A DNA stretch of 61,881 nucleotides, the filler included, from Hausera hauseri (lineage: Eukaryota), in the NCBI GenBank assembly GCA_046269625.1. It is 11 parts of 11 records of this genome, joined end to end, with 100 filler letters (N's around TTAATTAATTAA, not from the genome) between each part and the next. Parts side by side here need not be neighbours in the genome. Positions count along the whole stretch, not along the records: positions 29,963 to 37,440 come from JBJURY010012456.1; positions 37,541 to 41,500 come from JBJURY010857189.1; positions 41,601 to 45,804 come from JBJURY010703104.1; positions 45,905 to 50,546 come from JBJURY010492243.1; 7 more parts are not named here. The stretch is one strand, 5' to 3'. The position numbers and the translations under genes are program-made. This document shows, piece by piece, positions 35,780-50,020 of the stretch (positions are counted from its first letter, which is position 1; each line of letters begins with the position of its first letter). The notes beneath the pieces were generated by a model that was not told the origin of the DNA, did not search any database, and worked only from the letters and a program-made list of their open reading frames with translations.

Positions 35780-37400
35780 CTGTGCAGGGGGCGTGGTCAT
35801 GTGACGTCAGAAGGCGGCCTAGGGGGCGGAGTTAGCAGTGGAGGAGCAGGCGGCGCCCAGCGCCGCATGCGATACCCGGAAGTTGTTTTTAGAGACAAGG
35901 GGAGGAGTCAGAGGGAGCAGAGGGTGCCTACGTAAACCCGGAAATTAAAGATGAGGGTGGAGTCAAGATGGCGTCTGAAGGGGGAGCAAGGCTGGCGCAG
36001 CCTGCCGCAAGGGGGCGGAGTTAGTCGTCGCAGGCTGGCGCAGGCGTTGCGGGGTGCTACATACGTGTACCCGGAAATTAAAGATGAGGGGGGGAGTCAA
36101 GATGGCGTCTAAAGGTTACTCGAGGACAATGTGAAGGCGGGATGATTTTTAAGGCAGGTGCAAGATGGCGGTTGAAGGGGAGGCAATGTGGAGGCGGATA
36201 AGTAGGAGTCAATATTGCTGCTGAAGGTGGAGGATGACTTTTATGGCAGGCACAAGATGGCGGCTGAAAGTGGAGGTGAGTGTGAGGTGGGGATGACTTT
36301 TATCTAAGTTTTTAATTCAGACGCAAGAGTCATACACCACCGTCATCATTCCTTTTTAAGCTGTTATGGTATTACTGACCAAGACATTCCGTTATCGGTT
36401 TTTATTTTTCATCATCCTCATTCTTTTGATGCTGTAGTTAGTTAGGGGTGATGGGGCGAGGGTGGTGGTAGAGGCGTTGGGCAGGGGTGAGGTGTTATAT
36501 GTGGGTACTGTGTAGTTAGAGTAGTTAGGGTCGATGGAGCGGGGGTGGTGGCTGGAGTGATGGGGTTCTGGCGTGTTACCTCAGTATAGTTTCCCTAGGA
36601 TCTACCAACTCAGTGTTTTTTCATCATCATGTTCCATTATAGAGGTCGTCATGTGTAAGAAATATAGGCAATTATTTAGATGTCGGTGGATCCAATGGAT
36701 ATTTGTTGTATTCGAGCGTAGATGTTAGTATCAGGTACAATAAGGCGTTGCTAGAAGTAAAGTTGGGAGGACTACCAAAGTATGGTTCGTTCATATGGAA
36801 GCTGATATGGAGCTGGGTCATGTAGGTTCTTATGGTCTAGGAACTTGGTCGTCAGCAGAGGGGAGTTAGCCGATAAGACGGTTAAATATATTGAGAAAGG
36901 GAAATGGTATAACGTCACAAGGTGAGTAGTAAAGTCTGACAATTTGGTTTAAAGCTAGTCGGTGTCGATAGCAGTAATTGAGAAATTTAGTATATTTGAT
37001 ATTAAACATTGACAAGAATGAGGGTGGGCGTCAACAATGTAAGGGGTAACCGGTGATAGGGCTTGTCTTGTTGCGGAGAATTAGGAAGGCAGAGTAGGAG
37101 AGAGGTTTAGGAAGGGCCACGTGGGCAAAGTCATGCGGAGCAGGCAGCATAGGGGTGGAGTCAGGTGACGTCAGGCATAGGGGTCAGGTCGTAGAGTCAG
37201 TCGGCGTAGGCGGCGCAGAGTGCCGCATACGTGTGCCCGAAAATTAAAGACAAGGGGTAAAGTCAAGATGGCGCCGCACAAACGGCACATGTGGCATAGG
37301 GGCGGAGTCAGGTGACGTCAGGTCGTGGAGTCTGTTGGCACAGGTGTCGCAGAATGACGCATGCGTGTGCCCTTAAGTTGTTTTAGAGTCAAGTGTAGAC
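35780..37400. promoter_or_regulatory. Two clusters (35780-36300 and 37120-37400) of a repeated ~100-120-bp unit dense in GC-box, CRE, ETS-like, NRF1-like and YY1 motifs
   Basis: Repeated GGGGCGGAGT, TGACGTCA, CGCATGCG, CCGGAA and CAAGATGGCG in a fixed order. Confidence 0.6.
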
Positions 37401-37540
37401 TATTCAAAACATACGCATATTTTACATATTTTCATAGACCNNNNNNNNNNNNNNNNNNNNNNNNNNNNNNNNNNNNNNNNNNNNTTAATTAATTAANNNN
37501 NNNNNNNNNNNNNNNNNNNNNNNNNNNNNNNNNNNNNNNN

Positions 37541-40500
37541 GTTTAAGGAACTCGCATTTACTGAGTTTAAGTTTCACTTTATGCTGACGTATTCGCTCAA
37601 AAACTTTCTCGACATGTGCTAGGTGATGTTCAGTATCTCCTTTGGTGAATATTAGCACATCGTCAATATAAGCCAACGCGAAGCTCTGTAAGCCTTCTAG
37701 TACAATATTCATTAACGACATGTAAGTCGTGGGTGAGCGTTTCATAAGGAGGGCATCACGTTAAGCGTACGACCCAGTGTGAGTACAAAATGTACTTTTC
37801 TGCTTGGCTTCCGGCGACATAGGAATAGCCCAAAATCCATACGTGGCATCGAGGTGGTAAAGTAAGCTGTGCCATCTAGGAGTCCTAGTAAATCTTCTAT
37901 GAGCGGCATGGGGTAACTGACGTTGGTGGTGATGGCGTTCAATTGTCGATAATCAACACAAAATTGTGTGACCCGTGTTTCTTGGTCACAATGACAACTG
38001 GAAACGACCATTCGGACCTCGTGCGCTCAATGATACCTGCCTGGAGCATTTCTTCAACGGCTTTTTCCACTATCTCCCTGTTGCCCAATGGAGCTCTATA
38101 TGGTTTGACGTTAATGAGTGCATGGTCACCTGTATCAATCTTCATCATGACCTTCGACGTGCGCCCAAGCTCCATGTCCGAAAGTGCAAAAAAATCTACA
38201 TGCTAGACCACGAATTGTTCAATTCTCTCCTTGTGTTCTGCATCTACTTTCAGTGTTTCTAGTAGCTTAGTAAGCCTATCTTCTGTTTGCTGTATTTCCG
38301 CTACTATTTTGTTTGCCTTGTGTTTCCATAATCCACTTTTTATTTCTTGCAGCACTTGGTCTCGGTGCCTTCGTCTTGGATCTACATCTGTCACCGTATC
38401 GCCTTTCCGTGTCTTAAGCCTTGTTGTTTGGCGTATTTTTCTCTGTCCGGTGGTTGTTGTTTCACAGCTTCCTCTGGTCTTCATGTCTGCTTTCGCAACA
38501 ATGCAACCTTTCTTCAACGTTATAGTTTTTCCTGTGTAGTTCATTATCATGACTGGGAATTCTCTTTGTTTGTTCAGCTTCACTATTCTGGAAACGGCTT
38601 GCAGACCCGGTTCTTCGATTACCTCAACATCATCTAATGGAGAAATTTCTACATTGTCCCCTAGGTGCTAATATTAATTTTTCTTCATAGCTGCCATGAT
38701 AATATTCACCGAATTTGGTTCCAAGACTGCCTGTCGTCTTAGTCTAACAATGGATGCTATGTGTGTATCATCCTCGAGCTCGATATATATATTTGATTTT
38801 TATTTTCTTGAGATCAAAGTATATTCGCGCATGATGTTGCAGTAGGAAATGTCTTCCCAGAATAGCATTTCGACACATGTTTCTCACAATGAAACAATGT
38901 ATGCCTCACGCTTATCTCTCCGATTCGAAATTCTAAGTTTGCTTTTCCTAAGACTTGCACTGAACTTCCGGTGATTGATCTTAAGTCTGTGTTGTTCTTG
39001 ATTAGCTTATGTGGTTTCTTCAGCATCCGGAAAACTCGTTCACTAAGTATACTGACTTGCGCGCCTGTGTCAACCAGACATCGGACTCTCACTTTCTCGA
39101 AATATATCAAACATGAACTGGGGTCCTCGAAGCTGTTGATCTCTCCACTATGTTTCCCGTGCTCTATATTCCCGTGTATATCTCTTCTTGCTGGCACGTT
39201 ATCTTGACCTCTAATCCGGGGACTGGACGTTGATTTCTTGGAGTTTGGGAGATGGATGTTAACTTCTTTCAGTTTCTTGGGACAGGGTGGGGATGGGGAA
39301 ATCTGTGCTGCTTTCTACCGGTAGCACCTATTTCCATTGGTTCATGTTCATAGCCCTTCTTACATTGATTCGTAGTATATTTCCTGTTTCGACTGTCGGG
39401 TAGTTCATCTTGCTGCCTTCTGTGAGGGAACTTCATTGTGCCTTGGCTGTCTTTTCTTCTATTCGTGTTCTGTGGCGTCGTCTTTAATTTTTGCTTCTTC
39501 CTGCCTGTATGTAACTTCGTGTTCTGTATAATTCTAGATGTTCTCTCAGTTTCTCTCCTTGTTCATGTTTCGGCGCTTAATTTCCTTATCTCTGTGATGG
39601 TGTTTTGGTGAACCTGGTTGTCTGGTATTCTGCGCCCGTACTTTCTGTGTGGCTCCTGCTGACTTCCTGTTCGGTTCGGAGATAACGGAACAGGATGTGC
39701 GTTTTCCTGCTTCCTGTCATTTCTCCCAGCTCGGTCGTGACTACCGTTTCTTGTGCGGCAAAATTGTGCAAAATGACCGACCTTGCCGCATCTGTAACAT
39801 TGTTTCGTACTCGTAGCATTCTGTCTAGAGTTGTTCGTTATCTCTTGCTTACTTCGACAATTTCTGGCAATGTGTCCTTCTTTACCGCACCTGAAGCATG
39901 TCGTATCTTTTTCTATTTCATGGACTGCTTTATGTCTATGGTATCTGTCACCTCGAAGGCTGTCATGTTCTCCGTGTTGTTGTCGGCGCCATTTTGATCG
40001 GAACTGATCGACGTCCATGTGTTCTTCCTGTCGAGCGTTTGGTGTGTTTCTGCCTAACCTCATATTAATTCTCTTGTTGAAGTTATCTTCATCGACCGCT
40101 GTCTGTATCGCAATTGCAATGGTCTTTGGATCATCTTTCATCAGTTTGATTTTTGTTCTCGTACTTCGAAGACCATCGATGAATATCGGTATCAAAAGCT
40201 TGCCTATATCTTCTGCCATGATGTCTTGTATGCGTCCTCAGCCATATTCAGCATTTTGCCTCGTACAGCTGAACTGGTTCATCTCGTTCCTGTCTGATTT
40301 TTCTTAGGGCTGCAATAGCGTATTCCACGTCCGTCACCTCAGCGTAACTGTTTGCCAACGTCTTCTTAAATGTTTTCCAATCTTCCTCTGGGTGCGTTCG
40401 GAAACTTAGTTTGATGAAGTCATTGGCGAGTCCATCGGACGTCATGTATGCGAGCTCTTTTTTCTCGTCCGGCGTAGCCTTCACCAAATGCGAGTATTTC

Positions 40501-41200
40501 TCGATTTGAGAAATCCACGACTTAAATGATTTCGAGTCAGCTCCGTTGAAGGACTGTACAAAGGTTCAAACGTTCTGATGTTTGCTGTTCAAGTCAATCT
40601 TCCTCACCATACTGTCGATTTTGTCCAGTGCCTTTCGCACGGGATCATCTTTTCCTGTAGCCGTCTTCAATGGAGGTCTAGCTCCAGTGATTGTGGGTAG
40701 TTGTGTCTGTTATTGTTCCCACATCGCCTTCATTTCTTCATATGCCTTTCTCATATGCAGTGTGTTCTGCTATTATGTGTTCAAGTTGGCGCTGTGGTAC
40801 AGTTACCATCTTTTCTTCTACAGAGGTGAGAGGTGCTGACACCATCTTTGTCTCGTCTCTTTCCGTTGTTTTCCTACTACAATCGATAGTCCAACTTTCC
40901 GCGAATAATCTCTAAAGATAACTACTAATCGTGTGTCTCACGCTACTTAATACACACTTTGTTCTCAAGTTAACTGTGGTCAAACTGTTCAATGATATCT
41001 CTCACAGTTAATTTCTAATGTCAGTCAATTGACCGTTGTACGTTGTACAATTAATACCAATAGTTCAGCCACTCTAATGGATCTATATCCGTGTCTCACT
41101 TTGTCTTGCCACTACAGAGTTCGTCCAGTGGTGGTTAGTGTATTGTCCACCGTATAATGTGCGTGATGTTTCCGCTAGGCATGGCACCATAAAAGATATA
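37541..41200 (-). mobile_element. Degraded Ty3/Gypsy retrotransposon of a second family: gag with two CCHC knuckles, protease, RT
   Basis: CFRCGKEGHIARNC, CYRCGKVGHFAQFC; LVDTGAQVS; [47 protein letters not shown] possible PBS TGGTGCC lies at about 41183-41189. Confidence 0.93.
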
Positions 41201-41600
41201 CTACTAACGTGTGATAGTTTTATTCTCTTGTACTACTATCAACCTCGTCTGTGATACATCATGGATTCATTGAATGGTGGATTGTATTAATGCTATAGTA
41301 TGCTAGATTGTAGGCAAATGCCGGTGAATATAAATTTAGCTACCCAAGGTTCTTATATTCGATGTATCTTAGTGGACAATCAGTGCTCTGAACCAAACTC
41401 AAGCAATTAGTAACAACGCATAACATGGTGTGCAAGTTTCTGAGCACGAATGCATGGATTTGATAAGAATGTGGCTTTCTTCCAACAAGGATTTATTGAA
41501 NNNNNNNNNNNNNNNNNNNNNNNNNNNNNNNNNNNNNNNNNNNNTTAATTAATTAANNNNNNNNNNNNNNNNNNNNNNNNNNNNNNNNNNNNNNNNNNNN

Positions 41601-44600
41601 TGACCAATCAGAGGACATAATGGGACCAATAACATAACATCACGAAATGAATCAGGTAACACAACGTGACAAATCACATGACAACACGTGACTAATCACG
41701 TGATCACTTAAATAACATGACGTAATGAATCACGTGACACAACGTGATTAATCATATTACATCCCTGACCAATCATATAACATCACGTAATGAATCACGT
41801 GGCACAACGTGACCACTCACAGAACAACGCGTGGCTAATCACGTGACCAATTACATAACATCAAGTCATAAATTGTGTGACACAACGCCACCATTCAGAT
41901 GACATCGCGTGACCAATCATATAACATCAAGTAATGAATAAGGTCACACCACGTGACCACTCACGGAACATCGCGTGACTAATCACATGACCAATCACAT
42001 AATATCACGTAATGAATCACGTGACCAACGTCATCAATCACATGACATCACGTGACGAATCATGTGATCAATCATGTAGTATCACGTAAACAATCACGGA
42101 CACAACGTGACCAATAATATGCCATCACGTTTCCAATCATATAATATCGCGTAATCAATCACGTGACACAACGTGACCAATAATATGACATCACGTGACC
42201 AATTATATGACATCACGTGACGAAACACGTGACCAGTAACATAGCATCACGTAATGAATCACGTGACACAATTTGACAAATCACATGACATCATGTGACC
42301 AATCACACAACATCACATAATGAAACACGAGACACAATATGACCAATCACAGAACATCACGGGACTAATCACGTGATCAATTACATAATATCACGTAAAG
42401 AGTCACGTGACACAATGTAACCAATCACAGTACATCACGTGACTAATCACGTGACCAATCACATAACATCACGTAAAAAATCACGTGAAACAACATGACC
42501 AATCACATGGCATCACACGACTAATTACGTGACCAATCACATGACATTACGTAAAGAATCACGTGACACAACGTGACCAATCACAGGACATCAAGTAAAT
42601 AATCACGTGACCAATCATATAACATTACATATTGAGTCACGTGACACTATATGAGCACTCAGAGGACATCAGGTGATCAATGACGTGACCAATCATATAA
42701 CATGACGTAATGAATCACATGACACAACGTGACCAATCACGTGACCAATCACATAACATCAGGTAATAAATCACGTGACAAAGTGACCAATCACATGATA
42801 TCATTCGATCAATCACAGGACGTCACGTAAACAATCATCTGACATCACGTGACTAATAACGTGACCTATCACATAACACCACCTAATGAATCACGTAACA
42901 CAACGTGATCAATCACATGATATTAAGTGTCAAATCACGTGACCAATCATATAATATAAAGTAATCAATCACATGACACAACGTGACCAATCATATGACA
43001 TCACGTGACAAATCACGTGACCAGTAACATAATATAAGGTAATGAATCACATGACACAATTGGACAAATAACATGACATCACGTGACCAATCATATAACA
43101 TCACGTAATGAATCATGCGATATAACGGGACTATTCACATAACATCACGCGATCAATTACAGGACATCACGTGACTAATCACGTGACCAATCACATGACA
43201 TCACGTAATGAATAACGTGACACAACTTGACCAATCACAGGACATCACGTGGCTAATTACATGTGAAATCACATAACATCACCTAATGATTCACGTGACA
43301 CAACGTGACCAATCATATGACATCAGGAGACAAATCACATGAGCAATCACATAATATCGCGTAATGACTCACGTGACACAACGTGACCAATCACAGCATA
43401 TCACGTGTCTAAACACGTGACCAATCAAATAATATCACGTAATAAGTCGCGTGACACAACCTAACCAACCACGTGACATCACGTGTCCAGTCACATAACA
43501 TCACGTGTAAAGACACATAACATCACGAGACCAATCACATGATATCACGTGAACAATCATATATCATCACGTGAGAAATTACGTGACCAATCACATAATG
43601 TCACGTAATAAATCAGGTTACACAACGTGACCAATCACATCATATATCTTTACCAATCATGTGACCAATCCCAAAACATAACGTAACAAACCATGCGACA
43701 CAACGGGACCAATCATATGACATCACGTGACCAATGACGTGACCAATCGCATAACATCAGGTAATAAATCACGTGACAACGCAACCAATCACACAACATC
43801 ACGCGACCAATCAGAGGACATCACGTGACCAATGACACAACTTCACGTAATGATTCATGTGACAGAACATTGCCAATCACAGGTCACCATGACACGTATC
43901 ACGTGATCAATCACATAACATCACTTAATAAATCACGTGACACAACGTGACCAATAACATGACATCACGTGAATAATCACCTCACATCACAAGACCAATC
44001 ACGTGACGAATGACATAACGTCAAGTAGTCAATCACATGACACAACGTGACAAATCATATGACATCACGTGACACAACGTGACCAATCACATCATATCAC
44101 GTGTCCAATCACGTGATCAATCACGAAATATCATGTAATGAATCACGTGACACAACGGGACCAATCACATAATATCACATAATGAACCACGTGATACAAC
44201 GTAACCAATCACAGGACATCACGTGACCAATGACGTGACCATCACATAACTTCACGTAATGAATCACGTGACACAACCTAACCAATCACAGGAGGTAGCG
44301 GGACCAATCACGTGAAAAATCGCATAACATCTCGTAATGAATCACGTGACGCAACGTGACCAATCACAGGAGGTAACGGGACCAATTACGTGAAAATTCG
44401 CATAACATCTCGAAATGATTCACGTGACGCAACTTGACCAATCACAGGAGGTAGCGGGACCAATCACGTGAAAAATCGCATAACATCTCGTAATGAATCA
44501 CGTGACACAACGTGACCAATAACATAACATCACGTGACCAATCACATAAGATCATGTATTGAATCACGTGACACAACGTGACCAATCTGAGGACATCACC

Positions 44601-45608
44601 TGGACATTTATATGACATTACGTGAACAATTATATAACATCACGTGACCAATCAAATGACATCATGATACCAATCACGTGACATCACGTGGCCAACTACA
44701 TGACATTACGTGACCAATCACGTGGCCAATCACGTGATTAATCACATAACATTACGTAATGCATCATGTTACGCAACATGACCAATCAAAGAACATCACG
44801 TGACCAATCACATAACTTTACGTAATGAATCATGTGGCACAACATAACCAAGCAAAGCACATCACGTGACCAATCACATAACATCACGTAATGAATCATT
44901 TGACACAACATTACCAATCAGAAGACATCACGTGACCAATCACTTAATATCACGTGAACAATAACATGACATCACGTGACCAATCACGTAATATGATATG
45001 ACCAATCAAAGGATATCGCATGAACAATAACATAACATTACGTGACAAATCACATGACATCACGTTAGCAATAATATAATATAACAAGACCAATCTCATG
45101 ACATCATGCGGCGAATCAAGTGACATCACATGACCAATCACACAACATGACGTAGTGAATCATGTGACACAACGTGGTCAATCATAGGACATAACGGAAC
45201 GACCACGTGACCAATCACATAACATCACGTAATGAATATTGTTACACAACGTGACCAATCACATGATATCACGTAATGAATTACGTGACACAACGTGACC
45301 AATTATATGATATCACGTGACCAATCACATAACATCACGTGGTGAATTACGTGACACAACGTGACCTATCACAGGCCATCACGTGACTAATCACTTACCC
45401 TATCACATAGCATCACGTAATAAATCACGTGACACAACGTTACCAATAAGAGCACATCACGTGATTCATCACGCGATATCACGTGAACAATCTTAATACA
45501 TCACGTGACCAATCACACAGCATCACGTAGTGAATCACGTGACACAACGTTGCCAATCACAGGACATAACGGGAACAACCACGTGACCAATCACATTACA
45601 TCACGTAA
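41601..45608. repeat. 4-kb satellite of alternating 12/10-bp submonomers with a ~66-78-bp higher-order unit
   Basis: Consensus TCACGTGACCAA-TCACATAACA-TCACGTAATGAA-TCACGTGACA-CAACGTGACCAA-TCACAGGACA. Confidence 0.95.
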
Positions 45609-45915
45609 TTCACTGTTTTCGTTTTCACGATATCCTTTAATTTCAACTTTAATTCGACACTGTGGTGATTTTGGTATTATTTCTATTTCTCCTCCTATAA
45701 CATCAATAAGTCGAGCCTTTTCTCCCTGTATAAAGACCGATGTATTGAATTGCTCAAATGATGATTTTCCAATTTCCAGTTTTTCATCGACATTTTTCAA
45801 TGATNNNNNNNNNNNNNNNNNNNNNNNNNNNNNNNNNNNNNNNNNNNNTTAATTAATTAANNNNNNNNNNNNNNNNNNNNNNNNNNNNNNNNNNNNNNNN
45901 NNNNTTTCAGTCCCG

Positions 45916-46015
45916 ACACACACACGCACACACACACACACACACGCGCGCGCGCGCACGCGCACACATACACCGCACACACACACCGCTCACAGACACA
46001 CCGCACACACACACT
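45916..46015. repeat. (CA)n/(CG)n microsatellite
   Basis: Direct inspection. Confidence 0.95.
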
Positions 46016-46687
46016 CAGTTTTCTTGTTGTTGTAAAGCACAATTAGCGGCCGTGTGCAACTAACGACAACAGGACACAAATTAATCATAGTCTGTCTGCT
46101 CTTTCCAGTGTAGCTTCACAAAGTGACTGAATGGTTTAAGACAAACTCATTGAAAGTCGCGACTTTTTTTTCACTCACTCAGCTAAGCACGATCTGCGCT
46201 CAGTGATTTCGCAATTCAGTGTTTTCATAAAAATAGTAATGTGAGCTACCTATGAAATTGAATACCGAATTGAGGTAATGCATGAACTACCACCAAAATA
46301 ATGGTAGAAGGGCTTTACAAGCCGAGAACTTAAGCATTAAACTGCGAGGACAAGAGAATAGGGGTAACTGCGATTTTTAGGTGGGGGAATGAATGAATTA
46401 AATCTTTATTTAATCAGGGTTGAGAAATAATCAGTATTGTCCTTTTACATTTCTGCCCTGAGGGTATATTTTCCTAGAATTTACCCGGAAAGTGGCGATT
46501 AGGCCTACTCTTTTTCGATTTTCAACTGGCAAGGGACTTTTAACGTTCACGATAATGTACAATGATGTCCGATCTCACCACCCAGAGATCAAGGAATTTA
46601 TGACTAAAAGATCCAGTAGAAAAAATAAAAAAGGAATGAGAGAAGATGAGAGACCAGACTTTAATAACATGCTAAATGAGAATGATG

Positions 46688-46848
46688 AGGAAATCTTACG
46701 TAAGGAGGAGTAATGAAAACTCAGACATTGGGTTTTTTTTCAGGAACTGATGGTCTCAATTGAAAAGTTTTTGTTCCTGAAGAAGACCTAGTGATCGAAA
46801 CATAGTCAGTTTTTTTTTTTATTCCTCCTCCATACGTGAGACTTCCCA
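46688..46848. mobile_element. Imperfect inverted repeat with a Penelope-like pLTR / minimal hammerhead-like motif
   Basis: GGAAATCTTACGTAAGGAGGAG...TTCAGGAAC pairs with GTTCCTGAA...CTCCTCCATACGTGAGACTTCC. The right arm contains CTGAAGA-AGACCTAGTGATC-GAAAC-ATA-GTC. Confidence 0.5.
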
Positions 46849-47973
46849 CACCCTACCTCCATAAGCCTACCTGTACCTTCGTGTATATTGTTTCATAGAA
46901 GTTTTCTCTCATTTCGTGTATTCATTTGTTCAATAGCAGTTTCATCGAGCTACCCATGAATCAGAGATTGATTAAATCGCATAAACCTAAGCTAGTTATC
47001 GTGGAGATTCATGACATCCATGATCTTGCACCACAGTACCGAATCACATGTATGTTGCTATAATAGATGTACAATGAATCTCCTTTATTTTTTCCGTTTG
47101 CTTGCAGGTGTGCTACTGGTGACAAACCCGGACAAGACATATCAAAGACAGGATACCCCAAATAATCGTTCTTTTTATTGTGTTGTGTAATGTTGAAGGT
47201 GTCCTGTCGAAGCCTAATGACGACAAAGTAAGTTTTTTTTTTCTAAATTCCGTATCTGAGTTAATTTAGTACTTCTCTAGGTTCATCCATTTTGTCGTGA
47301 TTTTGATTCCTTACTTCCCTAAGTTGGTAGTCTGCTTGAGTTATCTCAAAGCGGATTTACTACGTCAGTAAGTGAAACACTGCGTTTCTAATCACGTATT
47401 ACATCTCCGAAATGGAGTCTTTATGGTAAACCATTACGTCTATAAGTTAATATCTTACTTTTCTAAATTTAAACAAATGAAAGTAAATTTTAACTTTAAA
47501 TTGAAAACATGAAATACAATTATATAATAAATTGATATACACTAACTCATTTCTTTTACGCAGGTATCAACATATCAATCATATTACATATTACTTTTAA
47601 ATGGAAGAGTACATTGAGAGTCGAAATTTGACAGATGAAATAATGACTGGGCACGTGTTTGACGTTCAGTATTTATGTGAGCTGACAGAAACCAAAATAA
47701 TGAGCAGACGAGAGTATATTGAATTAGTAGTTTGATCTCTCTTCATAAAACGTATCGAATATAAGCGGAAAGGAAAGCGGCAACAACGACGACGCATTAA
47801 TTTCCACATTGGAACTGTATTTTCTGCTTCGCTTTGTACTGTAATGAAAAAGTTGATTGACCGTATTTAATTACATATATTGTTTTGCTATGTTTGTTTT
47901 CGTGAATCAATATAATTTATTTGTTACATTTCAGTATAAATACTTGTGCTTCTTTACGGTATGACATTACGAC

Positions 47974-48285
47974 ATGTCCCATTTAACAGAACTCATTCGT
48001 TTATATCACTCGTTCGACGATCTCCGGAATCATCTTTACATTCTTGATCGACCTTTACATGATGCACAATACTGTTCGCCCGAAGAGATACTCCAGCGTG
48101 CTGAGGAGAATTAAAGGGCACGAGAACCTTATCTACGACATAGGAAGCATGTTTTTGGTGACACAGACACAATATTCGGCCAGATTTTTCGCACTTATTA
48201 GAAATTGGCGTCGTTGGCTGACAATCCACATCAAGTACGGTTTGTGGAAGATTTTGTCAAAGATTGTGATTCCAAAATTCCATAG
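47974..48285 (+). pseudogene. Small (~103 codons) intronless gene of unknown function with two in-frame stops
   Basis: MSHLTELIRLYHSFDDLRNHLYILDRPLHDAQYCSPEEILQRAEEN*RAREPYLRH...KDCDSKIP*; TATAAATA about 38 bp upstream. Confidence 0.35.
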
Positions 48286-49959
48286 TGGTAATTAGCAGAT
48301 CGGATTTGTTTCAAGCAACATTGAAATGTAACTAATTCCGATGGACTCGTTCGTTCTCCTGCTGAATTGGTTAATGCGTGTGGTTTGCGTGGTGGTATTG
48401 GTGATCAGATTTAATCATTATTGGAGACTCAGGTTTAGTTATGCTATATAAATAGAAAATAAAAGTTTGATATGGACTTGATTGCGCTTCCGTAAGTCAA
48501 GCAACAACAGCGACATTATGCGAATAAAGATGTAGTTATTTGACCAATTTAATTGACAACAAAACAAAAGTGGTCATGGGTAAAGTTACATAAAAGCAGC
48601 TAATAATCAATAATTCTACGACGTACACACGGATAGAGGGTCGATTTTTCTTATGTAACAGAATATTTAAATACAATTACCAATCGTTAATGTCTATTTA
48701 TAGAGACTTTCTGTATTACTTTATGTACACGACGTACGAATATGTAGTGATTTTCTGCTTGGTTTTACTTCGTGTATACTTTTCTCCACAGACACATGGT
48801 TGACACAAAAAAACGGGGTTTCAGAAATATATAAATGTGAATAATAATAAAACAAATGCAAATAAAAATTGATAAAACAATTAATAATAATTATTATGCA
48901 GTAAATGTAAACTTACATTGTTTCTGGCCACTGATCGAAATACAAATAACTTTAATCTATCTGCGAAGTACATAATATTTCATTGTGTGCCACGTGACTT
49001 ATCATTGTCTGTCCATTCAATGCGTCGATTAACTTAAGTGTGTGTGTGCATGTGCTAGCAATCTGTGTTACGTTATGTTTCATTTCTTCATTGTCAATAC
49101 ACACACTTCATCGCTGAACGAACAAATCATGAGAAATAATATGATGTCACAAACATTCCCATTGTGAGTAGTAGTAGCAGAAGTACACAATTATGAGTTC
49201 CTCGTACAAAATAAAATTCACACGACTTCTTACAAAACGAACAAACAAACGAACGACGATGATGATGATTTTGACTTTTTAACAGTGTGTTTTGTTTTTT
49301 CGTTTTTCGTTGCATTTTTCATCCGGAATCCATTGGTCTGATCGTGAGGCGGCTTTAGTAGGAAATGCTCAACTATTGATGGGCTACGGGCTCAACCCAT
49401 TTCCACAATCGGCAGACTTGAACAATGGGAAATTTTTAGAGTTTGAAATTTTCCCATAAATTTTTCCCCATGTTTCCATGGTCAGACGAAGTTGAAATTG
49501 CGATCATTCGATTCCCCGACATTGATTTGACATTTACACCAAATATTGCGCAATTCGTTACTCATGTCCCGTTTCTCGTGAAACATTTCCTGTTTTGCTT
49601 CTTTTGCTTCTAGCGCTTCCCAGTAAAATTTTTGATTCTGGCTTTGCTATAAAATTTTTCTCGCCTCATCGACCTCTACCGATTTCAGTCCGTGACGTGT
49701 GCGACAAATGACATGTGCTTCAGACATGAGGGGTTTCCGACAATGAGACATGAAATGCTTAGAATTGCGAGATAGATGGGGAAAACTTGGTCCCAGGTCG
49801 ATCTGAGCACTTTTTGGATTTGGGATGGAGAAGGCACTTCTACCTACTTTCTCCGTATCCTGGCAGATATGACAAGGAAACCAAAGATCATAAGCCCATC
49901 AAAGCTGACATCCAAAATGAATGTAAAAGCAAAATACAATATTTATAGTTATCAAATAT

Positions 49960-50020
49960 ATTTTAGAGTTAGAGTTTATTGTTAGGGTTTGAGGTAAGGC
50001 TTTAGAGTTAAGGTCATGGT
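49960..50020 (+). repeat. Degenerate telomere-like (TTAGRG) tract
   Basis: TTAGAG TTAGAG ... TTAGGG TTTGAGG TAAGGC TTTAGAG TTAAGG. Confidence 0.5.

Noticed and set aside
41601-45608. CRISPR array
   Set aside because: No unique spacers, degenerate contiguous monomers, no cas genes, eukaryotic context
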